DNA of 64,000 nucleotides from Balanoglossus misakiensis. Taxonomy: Eukaryota; Animalia; Hemichordata. Made by a program: the position numbers and the translations under genes. The notes under the pieces were generated by a model, which was given only the letters and a program-made list of their open reading frames with translations, was not told the origin of the DNA and made no database searches. Positions 43,666-56,605 of the stretch are shown here, in pieces (positions within the stretch are counted from its first letter, which is position 1; every line of letters starts with the position of its first letter). Where the stretch lies: positions 11,473,129-11,537,128 of the forward strand of contig CM082576.2 of NCBI GenBank assembly GCA_040954595.2, in the 5' to 3' direction.

Positions 43666-46600
43666 CTGTAATATCTGCCGGTAATGTAAAAAATAATAGC
43701 CATTGCCCTTTTTTCTTCGATTTTTTTTTCACATCGTACGGACTATGTTATCGTGAATAAGCTTAATAAGGAAAGCTTAGTATTATAATTTAATGTACGC
43801 ACTGTGTTGCAAGGAATAAGAGATACATGCATTTAAACGTAAATTAGCGCATCATGTCAGCGGAAATAGGCCAGCTCATCCTCTAGTTTAACGATATGTT
43901 CATTCTGGCGTTTTATCCCCCTGCAGGCCATGTACAACTAAAAGTCAAAGTGATTGTTAACTCTGTATTGAAGAGGATATATACAAGAGGCAGAGAATTA
44001 CAAGAGTATCCTAAGGGTGTCACGAACCGATGCATTCGACCGGCGTCTTTCTCTCCATATTTTATGGTTTCTCGGAACAAAAGTGAATTGGTACATTTCT
44101 GTGGTTTTCTGCTTTGTGGTGGCCCGTACGCAATCCATCTCCGTTAGTTTAAAGAGAGCGGTAAAAAAACTAAATTGTGCCATATTTTTTACGCGCCCAT
44201 TCGATGTAACCGAGGAAATGATTCACCGTCGTCGCATGTCCCACGGTCAGGTATTTACGGCGTGCTGTCGATTGAAATCGATTCGTTCAAAGAGATAACT
44301 GAGGAATTTTGAAATAAAAATGTATAACGTGTATAAAAGGAAGTGGGGGATATAGCGTTCAAATGCGGTTGTAACATTCGCCCCCTAAAGATATACCGTC
44401 AAAGTCGACGGCGAAGTGCTGACGTTCAAAAAGACAATTACCCGTTTTATAGTGCGCCAGCTTGGCTTGCATGATTACCAGAATCTGACAAAAAATCCTG
44501 CAAATTAGATTATGCGGCATAGATGTAATCAAGAGTTGTTGTAATCGCCCGTTTCGGAGAAGGTGGAAGACATCCCCCCCCCCCCCACATCGTGTTGATT
44601 ATGAGCTGCATGGGTAACATGGTACAACTGATATTATACGCTGGAACGTGCATTTGTCCCCATTCTGCATATACATGTATTTATGTTGCCACGCCTTGAT
44701 TGAAGCAGCCCCAAATCTGGCTCACTAGGTTGAACGCACGTCGAAGTTGAATTTCTTTATGCCTGAATACTCGCACGTTTCCCTGGAATTTAACCGTGGG
44801 TTTTACCTGAGCACGCAACAGTTAGTAAGTAAGCCGCCCATCATGCCTATGGTAATTGTCCATATGCCTTAACTGGAACTGAAAGGTCAGGGATAGTGTT
44901 CCCATGCGGCGGTTGGGCACTGAGAAAGATAACGGTCGACCGATTTCTGTTTGGGGGGAACTTTGGCAGTGGACAGACGCATGACCGGATTTCATAAACT
45001 ATAGGCTGATTCGTGGATTACTTGCAGAAAATTCAATCACGCGAGACGCTAATGCTGTTGTGATCGAGAACTAGGTAATGGAACGACCAAAAGCGAATGT
45101 TACAAACAATTTTCAAATCAAATAGCAGTGTACATGCATATGGAAGATCTGGATTATTCTTGGCTATACATAGCTACAACGTAGTTAATAAACACATTCC
45201 GACAACATGGCGAAGATTACAGTTCTTCAGGCAAACCACCGTTGCTTTGCTCTACAATACAGCAAACATCTAATAGCAGTGCCGAAGAAGAACTTCTATT
45301 CGCCCATTCTATAACATTATACCCACACCCCACCAGTTGAACGAATTAATGAATGTTTTATTTCTAAAGATACATTTTAAATAACAAATTTCTAAAAATA
45401 GAAAAACACAAAATGACAGAAGATAAGCTGTATGAGATTGCGAAAAAGTGCGATAACATTACACATCTGGTGAGAACCATGAAAATAGTCCAGGGGGATA
45501 AGTCGAGTACATGACCACAGTCAGTATAAATTTACAAGTGTAGAAGAGGATAAAAATGATGAGCAATGCAAATTCAACGGTTGGGTACCTTCTCAGTTCC
45601 GAATCTTAAGCGATTGTGGGTAGAAGCTGCCTCGCCGAATATTACTTACATCGTTGTACAAAGAAGTCACGGAGATCCAGATTCCCAACCCTCGGCTGAA
45701 ATGAAATTCAAGCCACGTTATTCATTCTCGTCGCTTTACGCTTTCATCCGCGCCGCAAATTCGCGGCTAATCTTCCGTAGGAAGGAAACCCCGTTCTCAG
45801 TTCGTCGCTTTGCTTTTGTCTTTGGGGAAAAACAGTATCGCTCGCTAAATTATAAATAGTGTCCTTGGGCATATATTACATTTTAAGTGTTGGCAGTCTC
45901 GACTGGGGATTGTCTATCTTTTATCCCCCCCCCCCTTCGCGAAGAGCATGATGCGTGGATCCGCGCTGAGATTTGTTGGCGACAAAGAGACTTGAATACT
46001 ACACCGCGTGAACTGCCACCTTTCAGAACGTGTCGCATTCACTTAATATCCAATACTTCCAAAAGTATTTGAATAATTAAATGGGCGCTTGTGTAATGAT
46101 GGGAACCCAGGCAAGGACGAATATAGACGACATTGTCATTTGTTAACCTCTCTTTCTTTAGCATATTATTTTTAAACTTACACGTTATTATCTGGTGTTG
46201 TAATCACGAAGAATTAGAATAAAATGTCTGTTCGGTTGAATACAATATAATAGGAGTTAACCACTTTCCCCCCTATATATATATGGCTCCAAATTCCATA
46301 AACAAGTTTTACAATGTATAAGCTTTAAAAAGGTTATCTTTACACGCATACGGCCGACATCGAATTTCTTCCACCACCTGATCTACAGACAACATCAGCA
46401 AAGTCCGCGCTTTCGTTCAGCTCTCTGCTGTGATTGATCTGGAGGGACCAATCGAACCTTTCTACTTCAGGCTATTGGTGTTGCTAGCAACTCTTCCTGA
46501 GGGTCTGGCCAGATTCGCATAAGTTAAGCCTTCTCCCCGGGTAAAACGAACCGCATGCTCTCAATCAGTGCAGGCTCCAAGCACGCGACGCAGTTAAATT

Positions 46601-49600
46601 CACCAACCGCACTCGAGTTTAATTGAGTTTCTCACAACGACCCTCGTGAAGAACTCCGCGGAGACGGTGGCACAAAGCCACGATCAACAAGTGTAAATTC
46701 ATCCGTATAGGATACATCATCCTCTCCGTGATCCGTGTTTGCGTTCGAGTGGTTGTTTTCGCTCGGCGATGGTCGCACGGGGTCCATATAAAAGTCGTCG
46801 CAAAAACGATCCTTTCGCAAAATGAGTTACCTTTCTTTGCTGAGCTATTATACGATAGACTCTGCAATGCGCATGCTCAAAATACAATTTACCGCGGCGC
46901 CGAGGAAGGGTTACCATAGTATGCCATGTGAACTTCCGAGTGATTTAGCGTCTGAGAACCCAGAAATTTTCTTCGAGAGCCCTGCTTTTAGAGTGTAAAC
47001 CATCTTTTATCGTCTCCTGAAATAAAATTAATCTGTCGCAGGGGAATTTTAATCTTATATAATTCAGCGCTGTCCAGACCAGAAAGTTCGTTCGTTTGGT
47101 TATATTCGGAATGTCGGCACGCCTTTGCTTGTTCGTTCAACCCGTGCGAGCGAAATGATAATAGTTGCAGAAATAACGCAAATACCACGGCTGGTTTTAT
47201 CCGGAAAAATCATTTTGAATTGCTTATCAAATTTCATACGTTTCGTTATTAGCTTATGATATTCAGCCGATGGACATGCACAGGACTTAAATTAGCAGAT
47301 TTGTTCTGTTCTAACAGGGTTCGACATTAATATTTTAGGAGGGGGGGGGGGGTAAATGCGTTCTCAGGAACAAAATTAGATACACCGGGAAAGTAATACA
47401 TGGTATTACATGATATAACTCTGCCGGGGTATGAGGCGGGGAGGGGTCGGTCCCTCTGGTTAGGATGATGACTGCATTCAATTTTGCAATTCGTACGAAT
47501 AGGCGCCTATCTCATAGCCTTGCAATGTGTCTGCATTTAATTCTTATGGACTCTAATTTTATGAATCTCTTTCGATTTTATCGGCACCAATATCTAAGGG
47601 AAACGGTTGTACGAGCCACTTGCGAATTTAAAAATGTATGCATATTTTTTACAGAACCTCATAGCCGCTATAACTCCAGCGCTGTCGAGTAAGATGGACG
47701 ACCGTGCACTGTATTATATGGTCATGGCATTTTCTCTTTTGTCTGTGGGTATGAGGAAACATGTCTATTCCTGCAGCCCTAAATTCGTCCTCAGGAAAAT
47801 GTAATTCAAAACCGACAATTGAAACTCGAGGAATGGTGTAGTTTACGCGTGTGCGTGTCTCACAGCAAAATAATTTGACTGTAGATCCCCATTTATAACT
47901 CCCATATCAGAACACAGTCACGTGACTAGTATATGACCAAAATACGTCACAGAGCAAGCTAGACAAGATGGATAGGACTTTCCAACTTTCGTAGCGTAAC
48001 AAATTGGGTAGGCCGTCTTACAACGCACAACCGTTGATTAAATCCATTGCTTCGTATCAAAGTCAACCAACGTCGTCTGTCAGCTTGATTGGGCATTAAG
48101 ACGGTCACGGTCAGTCGAGCTACCCTACTTCAACATAAATCACGTCTTTCCGTTAGTCGTCAGTTTCGCTGACATACGAATGACATACGCCTTTAAGCCC
48201 AATTGGTAATCTTTTCCCATGCTGATATCTCTACGTCTCAACGCAGAGATAGCATCGAAACATGTTTTTGTCCCGAAAAGAGTATTCCACACAATATTTA
48301 CGTAAAAGTATTAACAGCAATTAGTCCCGCATCCTACAGACTTTCCGATCCTCAGTCACCATAATCAACCAGTTATAAAATAGGCACAGTTGATACCTAT
48401 GCTATTTTGGTAATTTCCTTACTAGGGGATTGTTTGTCCTGCTTCAAGTTGCACCATATAAATTAAAGGAATTATGGGTACGCTGTGTACTTGAAACACA
48501 CGATATATAACGTGAAATATGTATCATTATACCACTATGAAAAACACCACCAAATGCGAACCATAACGCATGTCGAATCAGGAATCTGTTTATCACTTAT
48601 AAAACAATGTAAATCAGTGCTAATCGAACCGGATTAACACCATGTTGTTGTTATCTTCTATATTTCCACGGGCTAGTTTCAGATTCTTGTGGCTATCACC
48701 GAGACATGACCGCACAACACGTCGTCGTTGGGTGTGGCCCATAAAGCCTGTGATCCATTTTTGAAATACGACTCGGCAGTCGAAATGGTGAAGATTAGAG
48801 CAGCGAACGAGCACGTAGTATGGACATCTATATACATGTACTAAATTGTAACTGTATTGCTTTGTCAAGGATAGCATTGCCATCCCATAAAGTACTCCGT
48901 GCGCATCGTCAAGGTCGCATCGTACCGTCGCGTGACGGCAATAGGCTCAATGCGGAATTCCGTTATATCCCTTCACGGCGCATACATATAGGTCAATTTC
49001 TTTCCAAGTTACTCTGCCATAATCCATTTCAATTATTATTACAGCCAACATAAGAATCGTTCTACCAAATATGGGGTTAGGACAGATTAATTCGTCCATT
49101 AGAAAAAAAACCATAACGCTGGCAAGAATTCCACACACAGTAATCACAGCTTCGGGGTCGTCAGGTCGAGCAGTCAATCAACACCTTTACTTTAAAAACC
49201 TCCTGATGGCACTTAGTTCTTGAGTTCAGATTGATTGCCAATGGCGCGAACTACTTGTGCGAGGAAGATAAACGATACAAATAACTCTGAACATGGCCTA
49301 ATAAAAACAAATTGGGTGGAGGTTGAAAGATCGCCAGTCACGGAGCGCAACCTTGGCTTTCGGCTGTCTTCGCCAGGCGAAAGTGTAGGTTACAGCTCTC
49401 ACGGCGACAGAAGAGAGCAATCTGTACGCGTTGATTGACGCGTAAATTGACAGAAACGCGAAGTTTACCAAATAAAAAATAACTCTGATGAATTTTCACG
49501 CATCAAGGCAGTAATGTCGACTGTTTTTTCTAAGACGCTGGAAATTGCCGAGGTTAAGGGATACTGCACCGGCAATATATCAAACGTTTGGTTCGGCGAG

Positions 49601-52600
49601 TGCGTGCACATATTTGCGGCCGCAAGATCAATATGTTGACAAGCACGGCTGGCCGATCACTGCCCGACAACTTGTTTTCTAGCACTTTCATTGAAAACAA
49701 ACTCATAAAAGCCGCGTTACTTTAACTTTGGTCGCCGGGTTCAAGAAACGGTAATAAATTCTTGACCGGGTCTCCGCTGGCTCGCGAGAATGCTACATAG
49801 ATCACTGAAAACGGGAAGATGATACCGAAGTGGTATGCAAAAGTTCACACGTTTCCGATCGTCGTGGCTGAGACATCTGAACCCCCGGTGCATTTAGATC
49901 AGTCAGTCGACGGGTAAAAAAGTTACCGTGAAACCTTTCAAATTCGCATGTTTTTCTTGTGATTAATAGTTTTACGAGTTTCCCCGTGTTTTCAATCATC
50001 ATTTCATACTAGCGAAGGCGACCCCTCACCAGGGATATATCTTGGAATGTACAGATGACCGGTGTCCAAGTTACAGACTGCAGAAAATATCACGGAGAAC
50101 GTTTACCATGCGTAGACGGCAAAATACTTGTACGTTCTTATTAATATGCACAACACATTTATAAAATAAATCCCTCAATATTTCCAGTTGGTGAATAAAT
50201 ATTTAAATGATCCAATAAATATGCAAGAAAGTATTGAAATAACATCAAATCGGGCTGTCATTCAAATGTTTATTGAGTGTTGACACTTAATTAGTAGGTG
50301 AAGGTCGTTCGCTTCGCTACAGCAGTAAATTGTCCGTCCCAGGGGAGCATCATCAACGACGAGGCGGAGAAAACTTTGCTCTCAAGTGAAACCTAGCAAC
50401 AGCCGAAACATTTTCCCGAGTTGCTGTACTGTACTTTTTTTCTTTCTGTCCAAGATGTGCTAATGAAAGTATTATGTGAATATGTCCGACTGCACGAGAA
50501 AACCCCCTACATTTTTGTATCTTATCGACAGATAATTTACCGGGAAACGTGTACACCCTGAAGAACAGACGATAAACGCACGTTCGAGCCATGCAAAAAT
50601 CATAGGACGTCGAAACCGTAACGCCAACAAGTGCCAACACAAGGGCACGCGATTCCAGTGACATCTGGACCACGACGTCTTTCTGTGTCATGTCTGGAAT
50701 GACAGGGACTTCCATGTCAAGACATTGACTGTTTTTCTCATTACACAACAGATCGAACTGTTTGGCGTTCGCTTGAAAGGATGTGTTATTAGCTATAGGT
50801 TAACAACATCTGACCCAGCGCGTTTATCATCGTGTGCGGGAAGTTCAACTTAAACCAAGTAAATAAAAATTCTTACCTGGAATATTACTGAAAATAACTG
50901 CAGTTTTAAAATATCACCTTAAACAAGGGGAAGACTCTTCGTAACCTTTTTACGTCGCTCAAAAGAAATATTTGCAAAGATCTCGGCATACTGTGCTGTG
51001 ATCCTTTGAATAGCGACTCTCACGTAATAATCCGGGATATCTTGATGAATTGGAGGGGTGGGTTATAGGGCATGCGTGTATTTTTACTTTCCGATGGAGA
51101 TCGAGGGCGTGAAGCCATGAATTGGGAATTGATCCCTGGAAATTTACAGTCTGATATCAGAAAACAAACCAATGCGAAGCCTATAACGATGACACATTGG
51201 GGCTAGGGTACACAATTTCTGCGATAATGGTCAGACAGACACCATCAGAAATTGCTCCCTCGGGTTAATCTCTCCAGACGGTATACACGATCTTTCTTGT
51301 AAGCCATATTTATAGTTCATGTCAGAAGTTAAATCTTAAAGCGCTAAATTTAACCTTTAAATTCTTATATTCATATTTTATTGTTCGTTTCTTCTTGGTC
51401 ACATAATGTTCCCGATTACAGAGCCAAGAGGCAGATTGCAATGTCTGCATACGATTCGGACACCGCAGCGTTTGCCAACTTCCCATAAATCAACGCACAC
51501 GCCCAACGACATCGCAATTTCATTCAGACCAAAACGTCAAGGAATTCTCTATTTTATCGTCGCGCGGTTATTTCGGCTCTATTCTAGGAAATAATTGGCG
51601 AAATTTGATGTTAGCCGGATGCCCGTGAAAGCTTATACGCGTTTATGTCGGGGTGAAGCGGAGTTGGCGACCGGGGAACGGAGGAAAGGGCTTCGCTAGT
51701 GAGGGCACTTACTCATATTTTATCAATTTTCCCCGAACATCGATACTTTCATTTCCATTTATGCTGGGTCGACTACACGCCGAGATTTTCTGGCTGTGAC
51801 GGCACTGTCTGGTAAAATAGCACTGCCGGTCTGACTCCGCGGGGCAAAAATATTAGCTTATGAGAAGGAAACGACGCTTTGTGATGTGGCCACATAAAAC
51901 TTAATTTGTCCGCCAGGCAAGGATAACAACCGGTGCCGCATAACGACGCCGGGATATTACCGGGAAGTTGACGATAATAGGTTGGAAAGTAAAAGATACC
52001 ATTTGACAGATAAATTTCCTCCATCAAATCTGCACGCCAGAATAAATTCGTCTGGCATACGTGAACTGAATGCGTTTAATCCGCTTGAAGAAATTCCATT
52101 AGATCCATCTTGAATTCCCGGGACACGGCTAATTTTACCGGGAAATTCCTCGGGCAGCATCGGCTTCTTCAAATGAGGAGCGTATTGCCCTTTACAATTA
52201 AGTAATATTCCACGTGGTCACGTTAACAAGCCGGGTTTTACATCGTAACTAAAGGAATGTTTTGAAGCGTCCTAATCGCCAATTCATACCGCTAATGGCT
52301 TTAATATGAATACTTTCAGGAAAACGCTCTTCATATTTTCTGGACGGTTACGTCACAAGGGACTTGTGGCAATGTGTCTCATACATGCTGCCTATTCTTT
52401 CCTTTTGAAAATAGGAGCTCGGAGATGAAATGTTAATACTAGTCTCCGATCTAGCGTAGTCACATGGTCAATACTGTCAACCGGGTGTCGATGTACTTTA
52501 CGCATAAATCCGACGGTTTTTATTCCCCGCGCAGAGTACTACTGCTGGTTCCCGTTATGGTCCCAAACCGCCTTATATTTTGGCATCGACACGTGCGCGA

Positions 52601-53467
52601 TGAGAATGTGCCTCATTTTTTTTGCGACACCACTTGGCTCCGTCCTGTCCACGTGGACACCTATGCGTTCGTCCAAGGTGCATTCTGGGGACAGATTCTT
52701 CAGAGACTATCTATCCCATTCCCAATCCGGCCATGATGATGAGAGCTTGCATGAATCGATACGCAGAAATCATTACAATTAGGACGCAAGAATATTCCTA
52801 GATCCTGATATTAAAGAAATGTTGCCTCTTTTAAAAATACTACAGAAATTGTACATAGATTATCACTAGTTTTATGGCTTGACATGCATATAGAATTCTC
52901 CCTCCGACCTTTCTCGGGGATGTGACGCTACCTGCGTGGGGAAACTAAACCAGTATTCGCCGTGAAAAAGACACTCGGAGATCCAGTAGTCAGCACATCT
53001 TGAGGGTATAGCCATAACAGTTTTGTAACGTCCTCTAGTATATTTTAATAATTGACTTTTATCTCTAAAATCTTCCGCGCCGACAAACGAGACATGAAAC
53101 AGTAAATAGGGACACCACTGCGTAAAATTTCTTCTCCTAAGATTGATTTGGCGCTGTCTGGAAACCAAACTCCTTTCGCCGACGGTGTGTCCGAGAGAGC
53201 ATTTGTAGACGCGTTAAATGGTTTATTAAAAGCTTTTCGGAGACACTTCGAATGTGAAAGGAAGACGCTCTTATCTTTATTAATTATTTTAACGTTGACA
53301 TGACACATATGCGAGTTATTTTATGGTCACCTTGTACACGCTCATCATTGATGTTCAGTTAACATACATACAGACATCGAATAAATATGCCTATATTCAC
53401 AAACCAGTTGGCTACAACGATCGATTGATATACTTACATATAAGCTGATGATACACACATAACTTAA

Positions 53468-53623
53468 AGGGACAAAGTCTCTCTCTCGCTGCCTTTTTTC
53501 CATTAATTACGTTTGATACAAGACTGTTGATTCACTGTATATCCACATGTAGCTTAACATAAATGGTGTCTTGTATCAAACCTAATTATGGAAAAAAGGC
53601 AGCGAGAGAGAGACTTTGTCCCT
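53468..53623. mobile_element. 156-bp MITE with long TIRs and TTAA target site; Kolobok-like
   Basis: TTAA|AGGGACAAAGTCTCTCTCTCGCTGCCTTTTTTCCAT...ATGGAAAAAAGGCAGCGAGAGAGAGACTTTGTCCCT|TTAA. The TIR is perfect for 36 bp and extends to ~57 bp with one indel and one mismatch. TTAA lies at 53464-53467 and 53624-53627. Purine-purine termini with TTAA fit Kolobok rather than piggyBac (CC termini). Confidence 0.88.
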
Positions 53624-54735
53624 TTAAATATTCATTGTCCGTGGCAAGGTAATTTGAAAAAATTATAACATCTCGGAAATTGGATAGTGACTTCATGATC
53701 TCTGATGTGTCATACTTTCTGTTGCTTATACTGGTCTTTAACAAAAACTGGATTTAATTGGTTGACTGGAACAAGTATCTTTTACTAGAAATCTATCGAT
53801 TTTCCTTAAAGAAACAGAATTTATTTGTGGTTTATTCTTATGACACGGTGCTTACAACATACATGCTTGAAACCACAGTCGTCCACTAGTAGCACCTTGC
53901 AACACCTGGACAGCGGAAACCAGATGGAAATTGCTGGGGTTAACAGGTGGTATTTCAATATTGTAACCTCAGAATATTGTAATCGTGCGGTGTACTTTAC
54001 GATGAAATGAGATTTTCCTTTCATCTTTAATCATTTCCAGTTATGAATTAACTACAGCGATACCCCACAGTAAGCTTAGTGTGCAGGCGTATGTACTGCA
54101 TCTTTCATTGTCTCACGTCACAGAATTCTTTTTTTATATCATCGGCTATTAACTTACTTTAATATGTACTGGTTAATGCAATTATTGGTCTCTCAAGTCC
54201 GGAGGTAGAATAACAGTCTGGCAGAGAAATAAAAAAAATAAACCAATCAGATTTCATATTTTTGTCAATTGCAGGTTCCCATAGTACTTGTCTCTTTGAG
54301 CTGTGCGACAACTATTCGCTCAATTACCATGGCCCTAGGGAGTCTTATAAAGCTACCTCAACTTATCTTTGGAAATCTCAGCGTGATTAAAAGTGTGACA
54401 CTAGGGAGTCTTACTAGGGAGTCTTACTCCTTCTTTCTTTGGCGGTCTATTGTAGGTCCCGATTCATGTAGGTCTTTGGTAATTTGATGTTCCTCTAAAC
54501 TGTACCCTCACGAAAGCACCGTTATTTTGAGCAGCCCGTTCTGGACTACTAAGTTTCCTAATAATTTAGTCTGACCATACCAATTTTTTTTTCTGGCTGT
54601 AAGTTGGCCGTTCCTTCAACTAAAAATAACTTAGTTTCGACAGCTCTAATTGAGATATATCTCCCAAGCCAGCAACATTGTCTCTCTGCAGTAAACTTAA
54701 CGAAGCACAACTTACAACACCTCCATAAATTAATT

Positions 54736-56483
54736 TTTATTGCCTTATTGAATCTGGAGACAGTTTAAAGCAAAATCCATTTCCGACTGTTGACATCCAA
54801 CACTTGATTCAAATATGACGCCGGGAAAAAACCTGGCACTTCCTTTATATAAAGAGATTGATTTTGAGACCTGCATTTCACCGGGGTGACAAGATTTATA
54901 TTTACTTCCCTGAAAACAATCAGGAAAAATGTTTTGCCACTCTCGTCGGGTGCGACGACGCAAGTTGTCAGATGTCAGAGATAAGTAAGAAATACTCCAA
55001 ACATTCGCCGACTCACTGGTTAGGTTACTCGGAGGACATACAAATTATCAATTGACATCTGATCTGCTAGTCATTCATAAATTTCTATTTGCGATCCAAG
55101 AGTTTTATACCCTGTAATCTTAGCCGACTCTTAAAAATAAAGAAGAGGATGAATCATTCAACGAGGGAAGGAGACAGTTCAGTGAAGCGGCACTGGTTGA
55201 TCGCACGGTTTGGGCTTTCTTCAAAATTACTGAAATCTGAATACTGCAGGTACTAGAATTAAAATTGTGTTAGAATATTCAGACTGAAATCTGAATATGA
55301 CAGGTACTAGAATCAAAATAACTGAAGTCTGAATACTACAGGTACTAGAATCAAAATTACTGAAATCTGAATACTACAGGTACTACCGGGGTTTACTGAG
55401 AGAATCGAAATTGTGTTAGAATATTCAGACTGAAATAGGAATAAAAAATTACACACATGCACACATGACGATCGTCAGCCTTTAAGTATAAATAATTTTG
55501 AAAATGAAATGGTGATGTTCCAAATTATAATTGGAAAACATCTTCTCATAGGATAATTTTGGGGAATGTTCAATTGTTAGTTTTTAATTTAAAAAATTAA
55601 CCATAGAAAAATACTAAAATATACTGATATGAAATTTGAAAATATAAACGTGAACACTGGGGATATGAAAATTTTCATATTGGGTATATATTTCATCCCT
55701 AATTGCTGCTACATAGATCCAACTTTACCACAGAAAATAATGGGATTACACCGAAGTAGGGTGGTGAAAAAGCTTGGCACTGTGAAAACAGGCTGCCGTT
55801 TCTTGCAGGCTGTCTGCAACAAGCCAATTTTCTCATCAGCCAGTCATCCGTGTTTGCTCAGATTGTACACACACAGCGCGCAGATGATACATAAGGAGTT
55901 AGAATTGATACTGTAAGATAACTACTTTACTCGAGAGCGGAAGGTGTGAAATGACAGTGGCCCTTTTCGCACAAACAGAATTACGCCGCATCAGTGGTAT
56001 TATCATCTCCAGCGCACCGTGGATGTCGCGGGGCTTTTTACGGCGAGTGCTAAAAATCTTTTTTTTTGCGCGGGTGGGGTTGCGAGGCTTCGGCCCCAGC
56101 AGACGGCGGTCACGACTCATGTCTTCTATCATTGCCTTCTCCTCATAACCCACAAAGTGCCTTAACGGTGTGCATCTCTCAGATGACAGATAGTATTCTG
56201 TGAAATTTAATTCTGCGTTTTCCCTTATTTCCCTCCGGCAGAGTAGTGTTCCCTGCGGGGGGTGAGGTTGTGCGCTAGTTTGCGCACGACCTTGGAGGAC
56301 GTCGGCCATTCTGATAGAGCACCTCGCCTTCACTGACAGGAAGTTCCCCACTGATGTCGTCGTCGTCAACAGTTGCCTGGCAACCGCCTCAAGTTGGTGG
56401 TAATTTTCTGACTGGCTGGCTATACACTTCATATCCACTCCACGCCGAAGTAACAATAAACAAAAAATAAGGAGGGTAAAAAG
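54736..56483 (-). other. Putative 3' UTR of the minus-strand gene (end uncertain)
   Basis: U-rich stretch directly after the TAA. Candidate polyA signals on the minus strand are ATTAAA (55583-55588) and AATAAA (54736-54741). The true end cannot be determined from sequence alone. Confidence 0.4.
55221..55436. repeat. 38-bp-unit minisatellite, four near-full copies plus one partial
   Basis: Consensus TCAAAATTACTGAAATCTGAATACTACAGGTACTAGAA. Units 2 and 5 carry the 16-bp insert GTGTTAGAATATTCAG. Confidence 0.92.
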
Positions 56484-56605
56484 TTACGCTGAACGTTGTT
56501 TCTTTGCCTCAGGTTCACTGGATGTCGACGAAGGTTCGTTGTCCCTATCTTCTTCTTCTCCATCATCTTCATCATCATTGGCCTCACCATCATCACCACT
56601 CTCAT
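56484..56605 (-). CDS. Probable last coding exon of a nuclear protein gene (acidic C-terminal tail plus basic NLS-like motif); upstream exons not found in window
   Basis: Minus strand reads TTTGTCTTAAATTACAG|AT GAG AGT GGT GAT GAT ... GAG GCA AAG AAA CAA CGT TCA GCG TAA. This is a canonical acceptor, phase-1 entry, then 39 sense codons ESGDDGEANDDEDDGEEEDRDNEPSSTSSEPEAKKQRSA and a stop. The GAN-codon bias is typical of real acidic tails. The ORF track shows only the wrong (MRVVMMV...) frame. Confidence 0.75.

Noticed and set aside
55221-55436. CRISPR-like appearance of the 38-bp repeats
   Set aside because: Units are head-to-tail without unique spacers, no cas genes are present, and the context is eukaryotic.
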